DNA from: Candidatus Aphodoplasma sp.
GTDB lineage: Bacteria > Bacillota > Clostridia > UBA1381 > UMGS1253
Assembly (NCBI GenBank): GCA_045541115.1
Contig: JAZQIM010000014.1
Coordinates: 65,832-129,831 of the forward strand
Direction: 5' to 3'
Length of the DNA stretch: 64,000 bases
Part shown: in pieces, positions 24,047 through 33,866 of the stretch
How positions within the stretch are numbered: position 1 is the first letter of the stretch
Layout: each line of letters opens with the position of its first letter
Notes under the pieces: generated by a model
The model's database searches: none
The model's input: only the letters and a program-made list of their open reading frames with translations
Told to the model about the DNA's origin: nothing
Program-made: the position numbers and the translations under genes

Positions 24047-25045
24047 TTATTTTGCTTGTGCCTGTACGCATGTAATTGCACATACGCCTACGATATCGTC
24101 TGCGCTGCAACCACGTGACAAATCATTTACCGGCATTGCGATACCCTGTGTAACCGGTCCGTATGCCTCTGCTTTTGCAAGTCTTTGTACGAGCTTGTAA
24201 CCGATGTTACCTGCATCAAGGTCAGGGAATACCAATACGTTAGCCTTACCTGCAACAGGGCTGCCAGGAGCTTTCGATTCGCCTACAGAAGGAACTATCG
24301 CAGCATCTAATTGTAGTTCGCCATCAACTGCCAAGTCAGGATTTTGCTCCTTACAAATTCTTGTTGCTTCAACAACCTTATCTACATCAGCGTGTTTTGC
24401 GCTGCCTTTTGTTGAGTGTGAAAGCATAGCTACCATTGCCTTGCGCTCTGCCAAAAGCTCAAATGATTCAGCAGAACATGAAGCTATAGCAGCAAGCTTT
24501 TCCGGATCAGGATTTTGCTCAAGACCGCTGTCTGCAAAAACGAATGTGCCGTCTGCGCCATATTCACAATCCGGTACTACCATCAAGAAAAATGCCGATA
24601 CAAGCTTTACTCCTGGCTTTGTCTTTATAATCTGAAGACTCGGACGAAGTGTGTTTGCAGTAGAGTGGCATGCACCCGAAACAACGCCGTCAGCGTCGCC
24701 TGCTTTAACCATTAAGCATGCATAATACATGTAATCACCAAGAGCAGTCTTCTTTGCTTCTTCATATGTGAGTCCCTTTGACTTTCTAAGCTCTACAAAG
24801 AGATTAAGATATTGCTCTGTCTTCTCATATGTATAAGGATTTATTATTGTAGCACCTGATATGTCAAGACCTTTGCCGTTTTCTTCAATCTCTTCAGGTG
24901 TACCGATAATTATAAGGTTTGCAATATCTTCTTTTAGGATTTTTTCAGCTGCTTCAAGTGTTCTTCTGTCCATTGACTCCGGAAGAACGATTGTCTTTTT
25001 GTCAGCTCTTGCGCGTTCTTTAATTCTTTCAATAAAATTACCCAT
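24047..25045 (-). CDS. pta: Phosphate acetyltransferase
   Basis: 332-aa PTA_PTB domain, directly upstream of ackA. Confidence 0.93.
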   Translation of the reverse strand: MGNFIERIKERARADKKTIVLPESMDRRTLEAAEKILKEDIANLIIIGTPEEIEENGKGLDISGATIINPYTYEKTEQYLNLFVELRKSKGLTYEEAKKTALGDYMYYACLMVKAGDADGVVSGACHSTANTLRPSLQIIKTKPGVKLVSAFFLMVVPDCEYGADGTFVFADSGLEQNPDPEKLAAIASCSAESFELLAERKAMVAMLSHSTKGSAKHADVDKVVEATRICKEQNPDLAVDGELQLDAAIVPSVGESKAPGSPVAGKANVLVFPDLDAGNIGYKLVQRLAKAEAYGPVTQGIAMPVNDLSRGCSADDIVGVCAITCVQAQAK

Positions 25046-25285
25046 TATTCTTGCCTCCGTACAATATATATTTTATAAATTTATTATTACACCACACATT
25101 ATTATATAATAAAGAAATATTTTTTACAATAGTATTTTTGTAAAAATTATGATATGATTGCATCAAAAAACCATATAAATTCAATAAAACATTACTTTTT
25201 GTGAAAATATCGAAAAAATAAATAGCTTTTTTTGTATTTTTTTGATATACTTTTTTATAATAATAAAATTGAAAGGTAGTTTTAG

Positions 25286-26482
25286 ATGAAAATTGCGGGC
25301 ATTGTCGCCGAATATAACCCGTTTCATAACGGACATAAATATCATATAGATAAAACGCGCCTTGAGTCAGGAGCAGATGCCGTCGTTGCTATAATGAGCG
25401 GCAATTTTGTGCAGCGCGGCGATTGTGCCGTAGCAGACAAGTGGACACGTGCAAAAAGTGCTATTCTTGGCGGTGCAGACCTTGTCATTGAGCTCCCTGT
25501 TTATTACAGTTTATCTTCCGCACCCTTGTTTGCATTTGGAGCAGTTTCGATTTTAGATGCGCTCGGATGTGTCGATTATATAAGTTTTGGCATGGAAACA
25601 GATAATATAAATAAGCTCTCTTCTATCGCAGAGAGTATTTCCAAAAACCCTGATGCGCTTGAGCAACAGACACAAAAGCATCTCGATAATTATACAGGTT
25701 ATTCCGCTGCTCGCAGATATGCAATCTCCGCTTTATATGGCGCGGACGAAAGCTTTTTAGATGGTCCGAACAACATGCTTGCGCTTGAATATATGTGCGC
25801 ATTAAGCAGGCTCTCGAGCACGATTACGCCTATAGGAATAACACGCTTAGGGGCAGACCATCACGATACAAAAGCATTTAGTAAATACAGCTCAGCATCT
25901 GCATTAAGAGAAAGACTTTATGCAGGCAAGAGCATATCCAAAGCCGTTCCAAAAGATGTGTCGGCTTTATATAAAAAAGCTTCAAAAAGCGCGCTCTTCC
26001 CTGTGCTTACACAGCATTTTGACAAGATGCTTATTTCTCACTTAAGACGTATAAACCCAAGCGAGCTTCAAAACATTATCGATATGCCCTGTGGCTTTGA
26101 AAACAGAATTATTTCTATGGCTAATAAAGCCGGCAGCATAGATGAACTTACAAAGCTTTGCTGCGCACGTCAGTACACATATTCACGCATTCGCAGGTTG
26201 CTCTTCGCTTCGTTTATCGGCATACAATTTATGGGTTACGATAAAAAACCAACATATGTGAGAGTTCTCGCTTTTAATGATACCGGAAAAAAAGCACTTG
26301 CAAAGATGAACGAAAATTGCATCTTGCCAATAATAACAAAAGCTGCAAGCTATGAGAAAAAAGATAGCGACGATCTATTTATCCTCGACACATTAGCTAC
26401 GGATTTATATAGCGCTGCATATGAAAGCGAAAATTGCCGCGCAGGTGGCAAGGATTTCACAACATCGCCTATAATTTTATAA
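25286..26482 (+). CDS. tmcAL: Nucleotidyltransferase family protein, TmcAL/YlbM-like (tRNA(Met) cytidine acetate ligase)
   Basis: N-terminus AEYNPFHNGHKYHI (HxGH) and a length of about 400 aa. Confidence 0.7.
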   Translation: MKIAGIVAEYNPFHNGHKYHIDKTRLESGADAVVAIMSGNFVQRGDCAVADKWTRAKSAILGGADLVIELPVYYSLSSAPLFAFGAVSILDALGCVDYISFGMETDNINKLSSIAESISKNPDALEQQTQKHLDNYTGYSAARRYAISALYGADESFLDGPNNMLALEYMCALSRLSSTITPIGITRLGADHHDTKAFSKYSSASALRERLYAGKSISKAVPKDVSALYKKASKSALFPVLTQHFDKMLISHLRRINPSELQNIIDMPCGFENRIISMANKAGSIDELTKLCCARQYTYSRIRRLLFASFIGIQFMGYDKKPTYVRVLAFNDTGKKALAKMNENCILPIITKAASYEKKDSDDLFILDTLATDLYSAAYESENCRAGGKDFTTSPIIL

Positions 26483-26494
26483 TTTAGTGCAAAA

Positions 26495-26529
26495 TAAAAA
26501 GTACGGATTTTACAATCCGTACTTTTTTA
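26495..26529. terminator. Bidirectional terminator between tmcAL and ispH/S1
   Basis: agtacggatt/aatccgtact stem flanked by A5 and T6. Confidence 0.8.
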
Positions 26530-26541
26530 TTGTTATTTAGA

Positions 26542-28560
26542 TTATTTTTCGTCAGACTTTTCTGCTTCCTGCTCATTTTCGCTTACAAAAGCTTCAACAT
26601 CTACAGGAACAAATTCTTCAGCAGGCGCACTTTCTTCTGCAGCTTCTTCAACTACAGGTGCAGGCGGTGCCAAAAGTTCTTTAATGCTTAGGCTGATTCT
26701 CTTTGTTTCCCAGTTAATTTCTGTAATCTTAGCTTCAACCTTCTGACCGATTTTAAGCTCGTCCTCAACTTTTTCAACTCTCTTTAGAGCAATCTGTGAA
26801 ATGTGGATAAGACCATCTACACCGGGGATAAGCTCAACGAATGCACCGAACGGCATAAAGCGTACAACCTTACACTCAACAACATCGCCGAGATTGAACT
26901 TGCTTTGTGCAATTGCCCACGGATTGTCCTCTGCCTTTTTAAAGCCGAGAGAAATCTTCTTTGTTGCTTCGTTTATGTCCTTAATATAAACTTCAATTGA
27001 ATCGCCAACAGAAACTACTTCTGAAGGATTCTTAATTCTGTTCCAGCTAAGCTCGCTGATATGAACAAGACCGTCTACGCCGCCGATATCAACGAATACA
27101 CCAAACGGCATTATTGATTTTACAACACCTGTGTACTTTTTGCCAACTTCTGCATCTTCCCAGAACTTTGCTGACAATGCCTGCTTTTGTTCTACAAGCA
27201 CTGAACGGATTGAACCTGTTATTCTCTTACGTCTTGAGTTGATTTCTGTAATTCTTAAATCAACAGTCTGATTCATAAATATTGATAAATCTTCTGTATA
27301 TCTGTCAGATGTCTGTCTTGCAGGTACGAATACGCGGCTTCCTTCTACTGAAACAATTATTCCACCGTTTAAAACAGAAATAACTTTACCACTCATAACT
27401 GTATTGTTTTCAAGCGCCTCTTCAAGCTTTTTGAATCCGGCAATTGCATCAAGCTTTTTCTTTGAAAGAAGTGTCTTACCTTCGCCGTCGTTTACACCAA
27501 CAACGAACACTTCAATAACGTCGTTAACTTTTACAACGTCACTCGGCTTTACATCCGGGTCGTCTGTAAGTTCAGAAGCCGGTATAATACCGTCAGACTT
27601 AAAGCCAAGGTCAACGATGACTTCTGTAGGTCTAACTTCTACAACTGTGCCTTCAACAACATCTCCTGTATTTAAAGTTTTAAGTGTTTGCTCCATAGCC
27701 TCCTCGAAGCTTACTTCAACATTTTTGTTCTCTTCCATTGTCTTTGCTACCTCCCCGATAATACCATTCGGAGTCGACGCTCCGGCGGTAATACCTATTT
27801 TTTTATTTTTGTAATTTATATTCTGAGGAATTTCCTCAAAACTTTCTATAAAGTATGTCTTTTCGCAGTTCTTTTTGCAGATTTCATATAGCTTTTTCGT
27901 GTTAGAACTGCTCCTGCCGCCTACAACAAACATTATGTCACATTGTTTGGATAGTTCATCGGCTTCTATCTGGCGTTTTCTCGTTGATGCACAAATAGTA
28001 TCGTTAATCTCTACATTTGTACAACTCTTTTTTATTTGCTCACAAATATCTTCAAAAACATTTCTGTTTATAGTCGTCTGTGCTACGAGGCACACATTAT
28101 CTATCTTAAGCTCTTTTGCCTCATCTGGCGTATTTACAACGAAACAATCGCTCTGCGACCACCCCATTATTCCTAATACTTCGGGATGATTTTTATCGCC
28201 CGCAATTACAATTGTTTTGCCTTCGCCACTCTTTTCATATACAATATTATGAATCGCTTTCACATACGGACACGTAAGGTCAACGACATTGTATGCTTTT
28301 TCTTTTGCCGAGTCAGTAACACTTCTTCCGACGCCGTGCGTTCTTATTACGAGCGTTTTATCCGCATCACAAAGTGATAAATCGTCTATCGTGCAAGCAC
28401 CTTTTTTCTCAATATCATCTATTACAGATTTATTATGTATAAGCTCGCCAAGCACGGCAATTTTTTCGCCGCTGTCAAGAAGTTCATACACGCGCTCTAC
28501 TGCTTTTTTTACCCCAAAGCAAAAGCCCGCGCTTTTTGCAATAATAATATCACTACTCAC
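26542..28560 (-). CDS. ispH: Bifunctional IspH (4-hydroxy-3-methylbut-2-enyl diphosphate reductase) / ribosomal protein S1-like fusion
   Basis: The N-terminal ~280 aa is LytB/IspH-like (AKSAGFCFGVKKAV, HNPEV-like NHPEV). It is followed by four S1 OB-fold repeats (GxVxxVxxFGxFVDIGG..GLxHISE). Confidence 0.9.
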   Translation of the reverse strand: MSSDIIIAKSAGFCFGVKKAVERVYELLDSGEKIAVLGELIHNKSVIDDIEKKGACTIDDLSLCDADKTLVIRTHGVGRSVTDSAKEKAYNVVDLTCPYVKAIHNIVYEKSGEGKTIVIAGDKNHPEVLGIMGWSQSDCFVVNTPDEAKELKIDNVCLVAQTTINRNVFEDICEQIKKSCTNVEINDTICASTRKRQIEADELSKQCDIMFVVGGRSSSNTKKLYEICKKNCEKTYFIESFEEIPQNINYKNKKIGITAGASTPNGIIGEVAKTMEENKNVEVSFEEAMEQTLKTLNTGDVVEGTVVEVRPTEVIVDLGFKSDGIIPASELTDDPDVKPSDVVKVNDVIEVFVVGVNDGEGKTLLSKKKLDAIAGFKKLEEALENNTVMSGKVISVLNGGIIVSVEGSRVFVPARQTSDRYTEDLSIFMNQTVDLRITEINSRRKRITGSIRSVLVEQKQALSAKFWEDAEVGKKYTGVVKSIMPFGVFVDIGGVDGLVHISELSWNRIKNPSEVVSVGDSIEVYIKDINEATKKISLGFKKAEDNPWAIAQSKFNLGDVVECKVVRFMPFGAFVELIPGVDGLIHISQIALKRVEKVEDELKIGQKVEAKITEINWETKRISLSIKELLAPPAPVVEEAAEESAPAEEFVPVDVEAFVSENEQEAEKSDEK

Positions 28561-28608
28561 ACAAACTGTCCTTTCGGCATAATCATAGTATATATTCTAC
28601 CGCAGTTT

Positions 28609-29214
28609 CTATTTTTTTGCAAGAGTTTTTTTTGTATCTTCATCCATTTTTTTGATTTTATCTAAAATTCCTGCGCTTATCTGTAAAAGCTGCTCGCCAT
28701 TTGGCTTTGCATCATAGTATTCATCAAGATAAATCGGCTCTCCAAAAATCATATGTAATTTTGAAAAAAGCTTGTACTCTCCCACTATCGCAGCCGGTAC
28801 AACAGGCACCTTCGCGCGTATTGCAAACATGCTTACGCCGGCTTTTGCATCGACGCTTTCACCTTCTTTAACACGAGTGCCTTCCGGAAATATTCCTAAA
28901 ACATTTCCATCTTTTAATATCGATAACGCCGTCTTCACAGCCTTTAAATCATTTCCGGCTCTGTCAACAGGAAAAGCATTTACCTTACTAAAAAACCAAG
29001 CCGTAAACTTATTATTAAAAAGTTCTTTTTTTGCCATATAATGCAGTGGCCTTGGACAAGAAACAGCCGCCAAAATAACATCGAAATTACTCTTATGGTT
29101 AATCGCAAGAACAAAGCCGCCCTCTTTGGGAATGTTTTCTTTTCCAATCACCTTGCAAATCATAAATGGAGCGAATATAATTCTTGCAATAAATTTAACA
29201 ACAGTATAAAACAT
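28609..29214 (-). CDS. plsC: 1-acyl-sn-glycerol-3-phosphate acyltransferase
   Basis: HX4D motif NHKSNFD and FPEGTR. Confidence 0.85.
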   Translation of the reverse strand: MFYTVVKFIARIIFAPFMICKVIGKENIPKEGGFVLAINHKSNFDVILAAVSCPRPLHYMAKKELFNNKFTAWFFSKVNAFPVDRAGNDLKAVKTALSILKDGNVLGIFPEGTRVKEGESVDAKAGVSMFAIRAKVPVVPAAIVGEYKLFSKLHMIFGEPIYLDEYYDAKPNGEQLLQISAGILDKIKKMDEDTKKTLAKK

Positions 29215-29228
29215 CTTCTACCTCCGTG

Positions 29229-29906
29229 CTATGCATTAAGATGTGCGTTTATGTGTGAAAGTATCATCTTAACCGATTCATCAAAATTATATTTTGTCGT
29301 ATCAATCAAAGCCGCATCGTCAGCTTGCCTTAGCGGTGCAAAATCTCTTGTAGAATCGTTTAAATCACGTTTTTTCATATCGCAAAGCACCTCATCATAC
29401 GACGACTCAATTCCTTTTGCCTGCAGCTCATCAAAACGTCTTTTTGCTCTTTCTTCAGCCGTTGCCGTAAGAAAGATTTTTACGTCTGCATCAGGCAATA
29501 CATATGTGCCTATGTCGCGGCCATCCATAATTACGCTTTGTTTTTTTGCAAGTTCTCTTTGAAGCTCGACAAGCTTTAATCTAACCGACGGCACCACTGC
29601 AACATTTGACGCTCCCATGCTTACTTCAGGCTCACGAATTGCATCTGATACGTCTTCGCCGTTTAGATATATATGCTGCACGCCATCTTCGTAGGCTATG
29701 TCTACATTGATTTCGCCAAGAATACTTTCAAGGCGTCCGTCTTCATTTCTTGTATTTACGCCGTTTCTTATCGCATAAAGCGCAACAGCGCGATACATCG
29801 CACCTGTATCGACGTATATAATGCCGAGTTTTTTTGCTATAACCTTTGAAATTGTACTTTTGCCCGCGCCTGCAGGACCGTCAATTGCAATGCTTATCTT
29901 TTTCAT
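29229..29906 (-). CDS. cmk: Cytidylate kinase
   Basis: P-loop IDGPAGAGKST; 225 aa; conserved cmk-plsC-S1 neighbourhood. Confidence 0.95.
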   Translation of the reverse strand: MKKISIAIDGPAGAGKSTISKVIAKKLGIIYVDTGAMYRAVALYAIRNGVNTRNEDGRLESILGEINVDIAYEDGVQHIYLNGEDVSDAIREPEVSMGASNVAVVPSVRLKLVELQRELAKKQSVIMDGRDIGTYVLPDADVKIFLTATAEERAKRRFDELQAKGIESSYDEVLCDMKKRDLNDSTRDFAPLRQADDAALIDTTKYNFDESVKMILSHINAHLNA

Positions 29907-29950
29907 AAATTTATATCCTCGCTTTCATTCGTTAATCAAAATTATATCTA

Positions 29951-30364
29951 TCAAATCGCTCTGTGTCCCATACCAAGAGCAACGTCATCAAGATTTAAAA
30001 GACCTACCGCAAAAAACACCGTTACGCTTATATGTCCTTCATGGCGGGCAATTCCTATTTTTCCGCCTACGCCAAGTCCCATCGCCTTATTTGCAATCTG
30101 CGAAAGCGCTTCATGTGCCGCACCTGCGACCGCTCCTTGTTCAAGATGCGACTCGCCAATTACTCCTTCTCGCTTTGCCGATACTACTGCGCGCTCTACA
30201 ATTTTGGCAACAGAATTTAAAAAATCTCCGCCGTAATCAGCCGCACATGCTAATATACCTTCCGCCTTGAACTGCTCCTGCAATTTTTTCTCTTCATCTC
30301 TGCCATTTGATATTGCCATTTTTATCGCCGCTCTTGAAATGTCTTTACTTCCGTAATCATTCAT
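29951..30364 (-). CDS. HutP family protein
   Basis: 137 aa. Resembles HutP along its length (AAIKMA..., GAVAGAAHEAL, GIARHEGHISV). Confidence 0.6.
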   Translation of the reverse strand: MNDYGSKDISRAAIKMAISNGRDEEKKLQEQFKAEGILACAADYGGDFLNSVAKIVERAVVSAKREGVIGESHLEQGAVAGAAHEALSQIANKAMGLGVGGKIGIARHEGHISVTVFFAVGLLNLDDVALGMGHRAI

Positions 30365-30383
30365 TATTTATACCGTTGCCTTT

Positions 30384-30806
30384 CTATCTTTTTTCTAGTT
30401 CAAATGTGCCAACCTTTTCGATGTTGCCGTTTCCTATTATAACGCGGTCAACACACTTCGTTATAACATTTCCACTTTTACCTTCTATATAAAGTGCGAC
30501 AACATCGTCAAGATTTCTCGTATCAAGCTCCACAACACACATATCGAATACATCAAGTGTTTTTTTGCTTTCCGTAATTTCACACACACTTTTACCATTT
30601 ATAAGAATTTTCGGTGCATTTTTCTTGCTCACACCATCAAACCTTAAATATATCTGACCATAATTATTTGTGTTTTCTATTTCGCTTTCAATAACCGACG
30701 AAACATCTTGTATGGCAGTCTTATTAACATGTACAAACATATACGGAACGCTTGCAAATATAATCATAAGTACAATAACCGTATAAAACCTGTTTTTCGA
30801 TTTCAC
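30384..30806 (-). CDS. Hypothetical membrane-anchored protein
   Basis: 140 aa with one N-terminal TM helix (FYTVIVLMIIFASVPYMFV) and a beta-rich remainder. No family recognised. Confidence 0.4.
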   Translation of the reverse strand: MKSKNRFYTVIVLMIIFASVPYMFVHVNKTAIQDVSSVIESEIENTNNYGQIYLRFDGVSKKNAPKILINGKSVCEITESKKTLDVFDMCVVELDTRNLDDVVALYIEGKSGNVITKCVDRVIIGNGNIEKVGTFELEKR

Positions 30807-30852
30807 ACTACCGCCTCCTTCACATAATTATATGAAGGAAAACTCTTTATAA

Positions 30853-32094
30853 TTACGCGTTATCTGCTGCAAGATAGCCCGTTGAAAACGCTATCTGAAG
30901 ATTAAAACCGCCCGTGTATGCATCAACGTCTATAACTTCTCCTGCAAAATAAAGTCCTTTTACAAGCTTTGACTCCATTGTTGACGGATTTATCTCTTTA
31001 ACATCTACACCGCCCGATGTGATTATCGCTTCATCTATAGGTCGAAATCCCGTAGCATGAAGTTTAAAATCCTTGAGCACTCTTACAAAAGAGATTCTCT
31101 CTTCCTTTGAGAGCTGATTTACAGTTTTATGCTCATCGATGCCTGACATCTTTATCGCTATCGGAATAAGTGCTTTTGGCAAAAGCGCATCAAGCGCATT
31201 TATAAAATGCTTGTTTGCATTTTGCGACAAATCCCTTCGCACTCTTTCATCGAGCTGTTTTTCATCGAGTGCGGGCTTTAAATCTATATGGAAAACATAG
31301 TTTTGTGTACCGATATCACGCATATGTGCACTTGCCGATAATATCATCGGTCCGCTTACGCCAAAATGTGTAAAAAGCATCTCGCCGAAATCTTCATATA
31401 CCTTTTTGTTATCAGAATTTGTAACAGTAAGCCTAACATTTTTTAGCGAAAGTCCCATAAACTGAGATGTCCATCTTTCGCGTGTAATTATCGGCACAAG
31501 TGACGGCTTGGGCTTAATTATCGTATGGCCCGCCTGTCGTGCAAACTTGTACCCATCGCCCGTTGAGCCTGTAAGTGGATACGAAAGTCCGCCCGTCGCG
31601 ACGATTACCGAATCACAATATAATTTTTCCCCGCTTTTATATTCTAATCCGCATACAGCATTATCCTTTATTATAAGTCTGCCAACTTCCTTTTTCAATA
31701 ATCTTACATTTTTCCCAAGTGCATAACGCTTAAGTGTTTCGACAACATCGCGTGCACTATCAGATACGGGAAAAACTCTTCCTCCTCGCTCTGTTTTTGT
31801 TTCAAGCCCATGCTCATTTAAAAGAGAAATCAGATTCTCATTTGTAAACGTATAAAAAGCGCTGTACAAAAAACTGGCATTTACCGTAACATTTTTAAGC
31901 ATATCTTCAACGTCACATATATTTGTTATATTGCATCGTCCTTTGCCGGTAATCCTCAATTTCTTCCCAAGCATCGGATTTTTTTCAATAAGTATTACGC
32001 TCTTTCCTCTTTCATTAAGTCGCCCCGTCGCAATAAGTCCTGCTGCTCCGCCACCAATAACTGCAACACGCGATTTTTGTTTGTTATCATTCAT
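30853..32094 (-). CDS. NAD(P)/FAD-dependent oxidoreductase, HI0933/BaiN-like flavoprotein
   Basis: 413 aa. Dinucleotide fold VAVIGGGAAGL and the family-typical C-terminus FAGEVIDVDAYTGGFNLQ. Confidence 0.8.
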   Translation of the reverse strand: MNDNKQKSRVAVIGGGAAGLIATGRLNERGKSVILIEKNPMLGKKLRITGKGRCNITNICDVEDMLKNVTVNASFLYSAFYTFTNENLISLLNEHGLETKTERGGRVFPVSDSARDVVETLKRYALGKNVRLLKKEVGRLIIKDNAVCGLEYKSGEKLYCDSVIVATGGLSYPLTGSTGDGYKFARQAGHTIIKPKPSLVPIITRERWTSQFMGLSLKNVRLTVTNSDNKKVYEDFGEMLFTHFGVSGPMILSASAHMRDIGTQNYVFHIDLKPALDEKQLDERVRRDLSQNANKHFINALDALLPKALIPIAIKMSGIDEHKTVNQLSKEERISFVRVLKDFKLHATGFRPIDEAIITSGGVDVKEINPSTMESKLVKGLYFAGEVIDVDAYTGGFNLQIAFSTGYLAADNA

Positions 32095-32127
32095 ATTATC
32101 ACATTAAACGCAAAATATGTAAAGCGT

Positions 32128-33003
32128 CTATTTCTCCGTGTCAAATTTTTCGTATACCTTATATTCGTCCCATATTTTTTCAAGCTTTTCAAAACTGTCA
32201 ACAACTTCGCTCTTCTTTTTCATGCTTATTGCTACCATAAGTGCATTTATAACGCTCAATGGCGCTACAAGTGAGTCAACAAACGATACCATATCGCTCT
32301 TTGCTACAAGTGACATATCTGCTGCTTCCGCTATGGGCGAAGATGAGCTGTCTGTTATTCCGATAACTGTCGCGCCCTGATTCTTGGCATAATCAATCGC
32401 CTTCAGTGTTCTCGTTGAATAACGCGGAAAGCTTATAGCAATTAAAACGTCGTCTTTTTCAATTCTGAAAATCTGCTCAAAAAGCTCACTTGCCGTACTT
32501 GTCTGCACGTGGCGTACATTCGGCGATATAAGGTTTAAATAAAAGCTTAAAAAAGATGCAAGCGCCGCAGAGCTGCGCACACCTAAAATATACACTCTTT
32601 TTGCATCTACTATAGCATCTGCAATCTTTGCAAACTCTACTCTGTCAATTTCATTTAGCGACAGGCGTATGTTTTCCATGTCGGCATCAAGCACGCTTTT
32701 CAATATGTCATTTTCCCCTATTCTGTCTGTCGCAACACCGACTCTTTGCGCCGCCGTAAGCTGTGTGCATATGATTGCACGAAGCGCTTTTTGCATGTCG
32801 GGATATCCGTCATAACCAAGCTCACGCGCAAAACGTACAACTGTCGATTCACTCACGCCTACTGATTTTCCAAGCTTTAGTGCCGTAATATATGCAGCTT
32901 TATCATATTGCTCGGCTATAAACTCTGCAATACGCTTCTGTCCTTTGCTGAAATTTTTCATATTGTCATTTATTCTCGAAAGAATATTATCTGACTTATC
33001 CAT
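32128..33003 (-). CDS. MurR/RpiR family transcriptional regulator
   Basis: N-terminal HTH_6 (GKSVGVSESTVVRFARELGY) plus a SIS domain. Confidence 0.85.
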   Translation of the reverse strand: MDKSDNILSRINDNMKNFSKGQKRIAEFIAEQYDKAAYITALKLGKSVGVSESTVVRFARELGYDGYPDMQKALRAIICTQLTAAQRVGVATDRIGENDILKSVLDADMENIRLSLNEIDRVEFAKIADAIVDAKRVYILGVRSSAALASFLSFYLNLISPNVRHVQTSTASELFEQIFRIEKDDVLIAISFPRYSTRTLKAIDYAKNQGATVIGITDSSSSPIAEAADMSLVAKSDMVSFVDSLVAPLSVINALMVAISMKKKSEVVDSFEKLEKIWDEYKVYEKFDTEK

Positions 33004-33043
33004 TTTTTACTCCTTACTGCTACTTTTTCATATAACATATATT

Positions 33044-33715
33044 TTACCAAACAAATGGTATTAAACGATACTTTATTTTTTTCTTGTATTCACAATATCC
33101 ATCCAGATTCTTCTCAAGAAATTCTTCTTCGCTTTTTAGTCTTTTAATAATTATATATGGATATGCAAGAAAAATTATAAATGAATATATCGAGCCCAGG
33201 ACAAGTGGCATCGACAAAAACATAAGCAGTGTCGCACTATACATCGGGTGTCTTACAACACTATATAGTCCCGTTTCAATAACCCTCTGATTCTCACAAA
33301 CTTCAATAACGCGGCTAAGATATTCGTTTTCCCTAATCACTTGTGCATAAAGAATATATCCGCAAAGAAAAATTATTACAGCAATAATAACCGCCTCTTT
33401 GGGCAAGGTGTACCATCGAAAACGAAATGTCAATCCCGCAACGATAAGCCCTGTTAAAAACATAATTGCGCTTAATATAACAAGCACCTTTTGTTCTCGA
33501 TGTTTTTCCGTTGCTTTCAATCTCTTTTTCAATAATTCAGGCTTTTTTAACATCATCACAATTCCTGTCAAAAGCATTGGCACAAACAAAATTCCCATAA
33601 ATAGCCATGCATTTTTGAAGAAAATGTCTCCGGCAGATAAAAAAAGCGACAAGCCAACTAAAATTATACCTGACAGCAGCTTTGTTATCGCCTGAACAAA
33701 TAATTTCATACTCAT
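33044..33715 (-). CDS. Isoprenylcysteine carboxyl methyltransferase (ICMT/PEMT)-family membrane protein
   Basis: 223 aa, 5-6 TM segments, C-terminal block ETGLYSVVRHPMYSATLL ... EEEFLEK. Appears to have its own -10 TATAAT about 50 nt upstream. Confidence 0.65.
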   Translation of the reverse strand: MSMKLFVQAITKLLSGIILVGLSLFLSAGDIFFKNAWLFMGILFVPMLLTGIVMMLKKPELLKKRLKATEKHREQKVLVILSAIMFLTGLIVAGLTFRFRWYTLPKEAVIIAVIIFLCGYILYAQVIRENEYLSRVIEVCENQRVIETGLYSVVRHPMYSATLLMFLSMPLVLGSIYSFIIFLAYPYIIIKRLKSEEEFLEKNLDGYCEYKKKIKYRLIPFVW

Positions 33716-33770
33716 ATGTTTTCTCCATAAATTTTATTTACCTTTTGGAAGCATTAACGCCTTGATTATA

Positions 33771-33803
33771 AAGACTGTGTAAACTGGATGACAGTCTTTT
33801 TTT
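33771..33803. repeat. Junction module H, copy 1 (hairpin aagactgt/acagtctt plus T7 on the plus strand), upstream of the ICMT-like gene
   Basis: 8-bp perfect stem, 12-nt loop, T-run on the plus strand. About 80% identical to 36431-36462. Confidence 0.7.
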
Positions 33804-33805
33804 AA

Positions 33806-33843
33806 ATTGCGAGGCATAAGGTTTAGATGCAGATCTTTTTTAA
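33806..33843. repeat. Junction module D, copy 1 (3' side of the RT gene)
   Basis: attgcgaGGcataaggtttagatgcaGATCttttttaa. It shares attgcga and a 17-nt identical core (33815-33831) with copy 2. Confidence 0.8.
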
Positions 33844-33866
33844 CTCCATATCACATAAAGTTAAAG

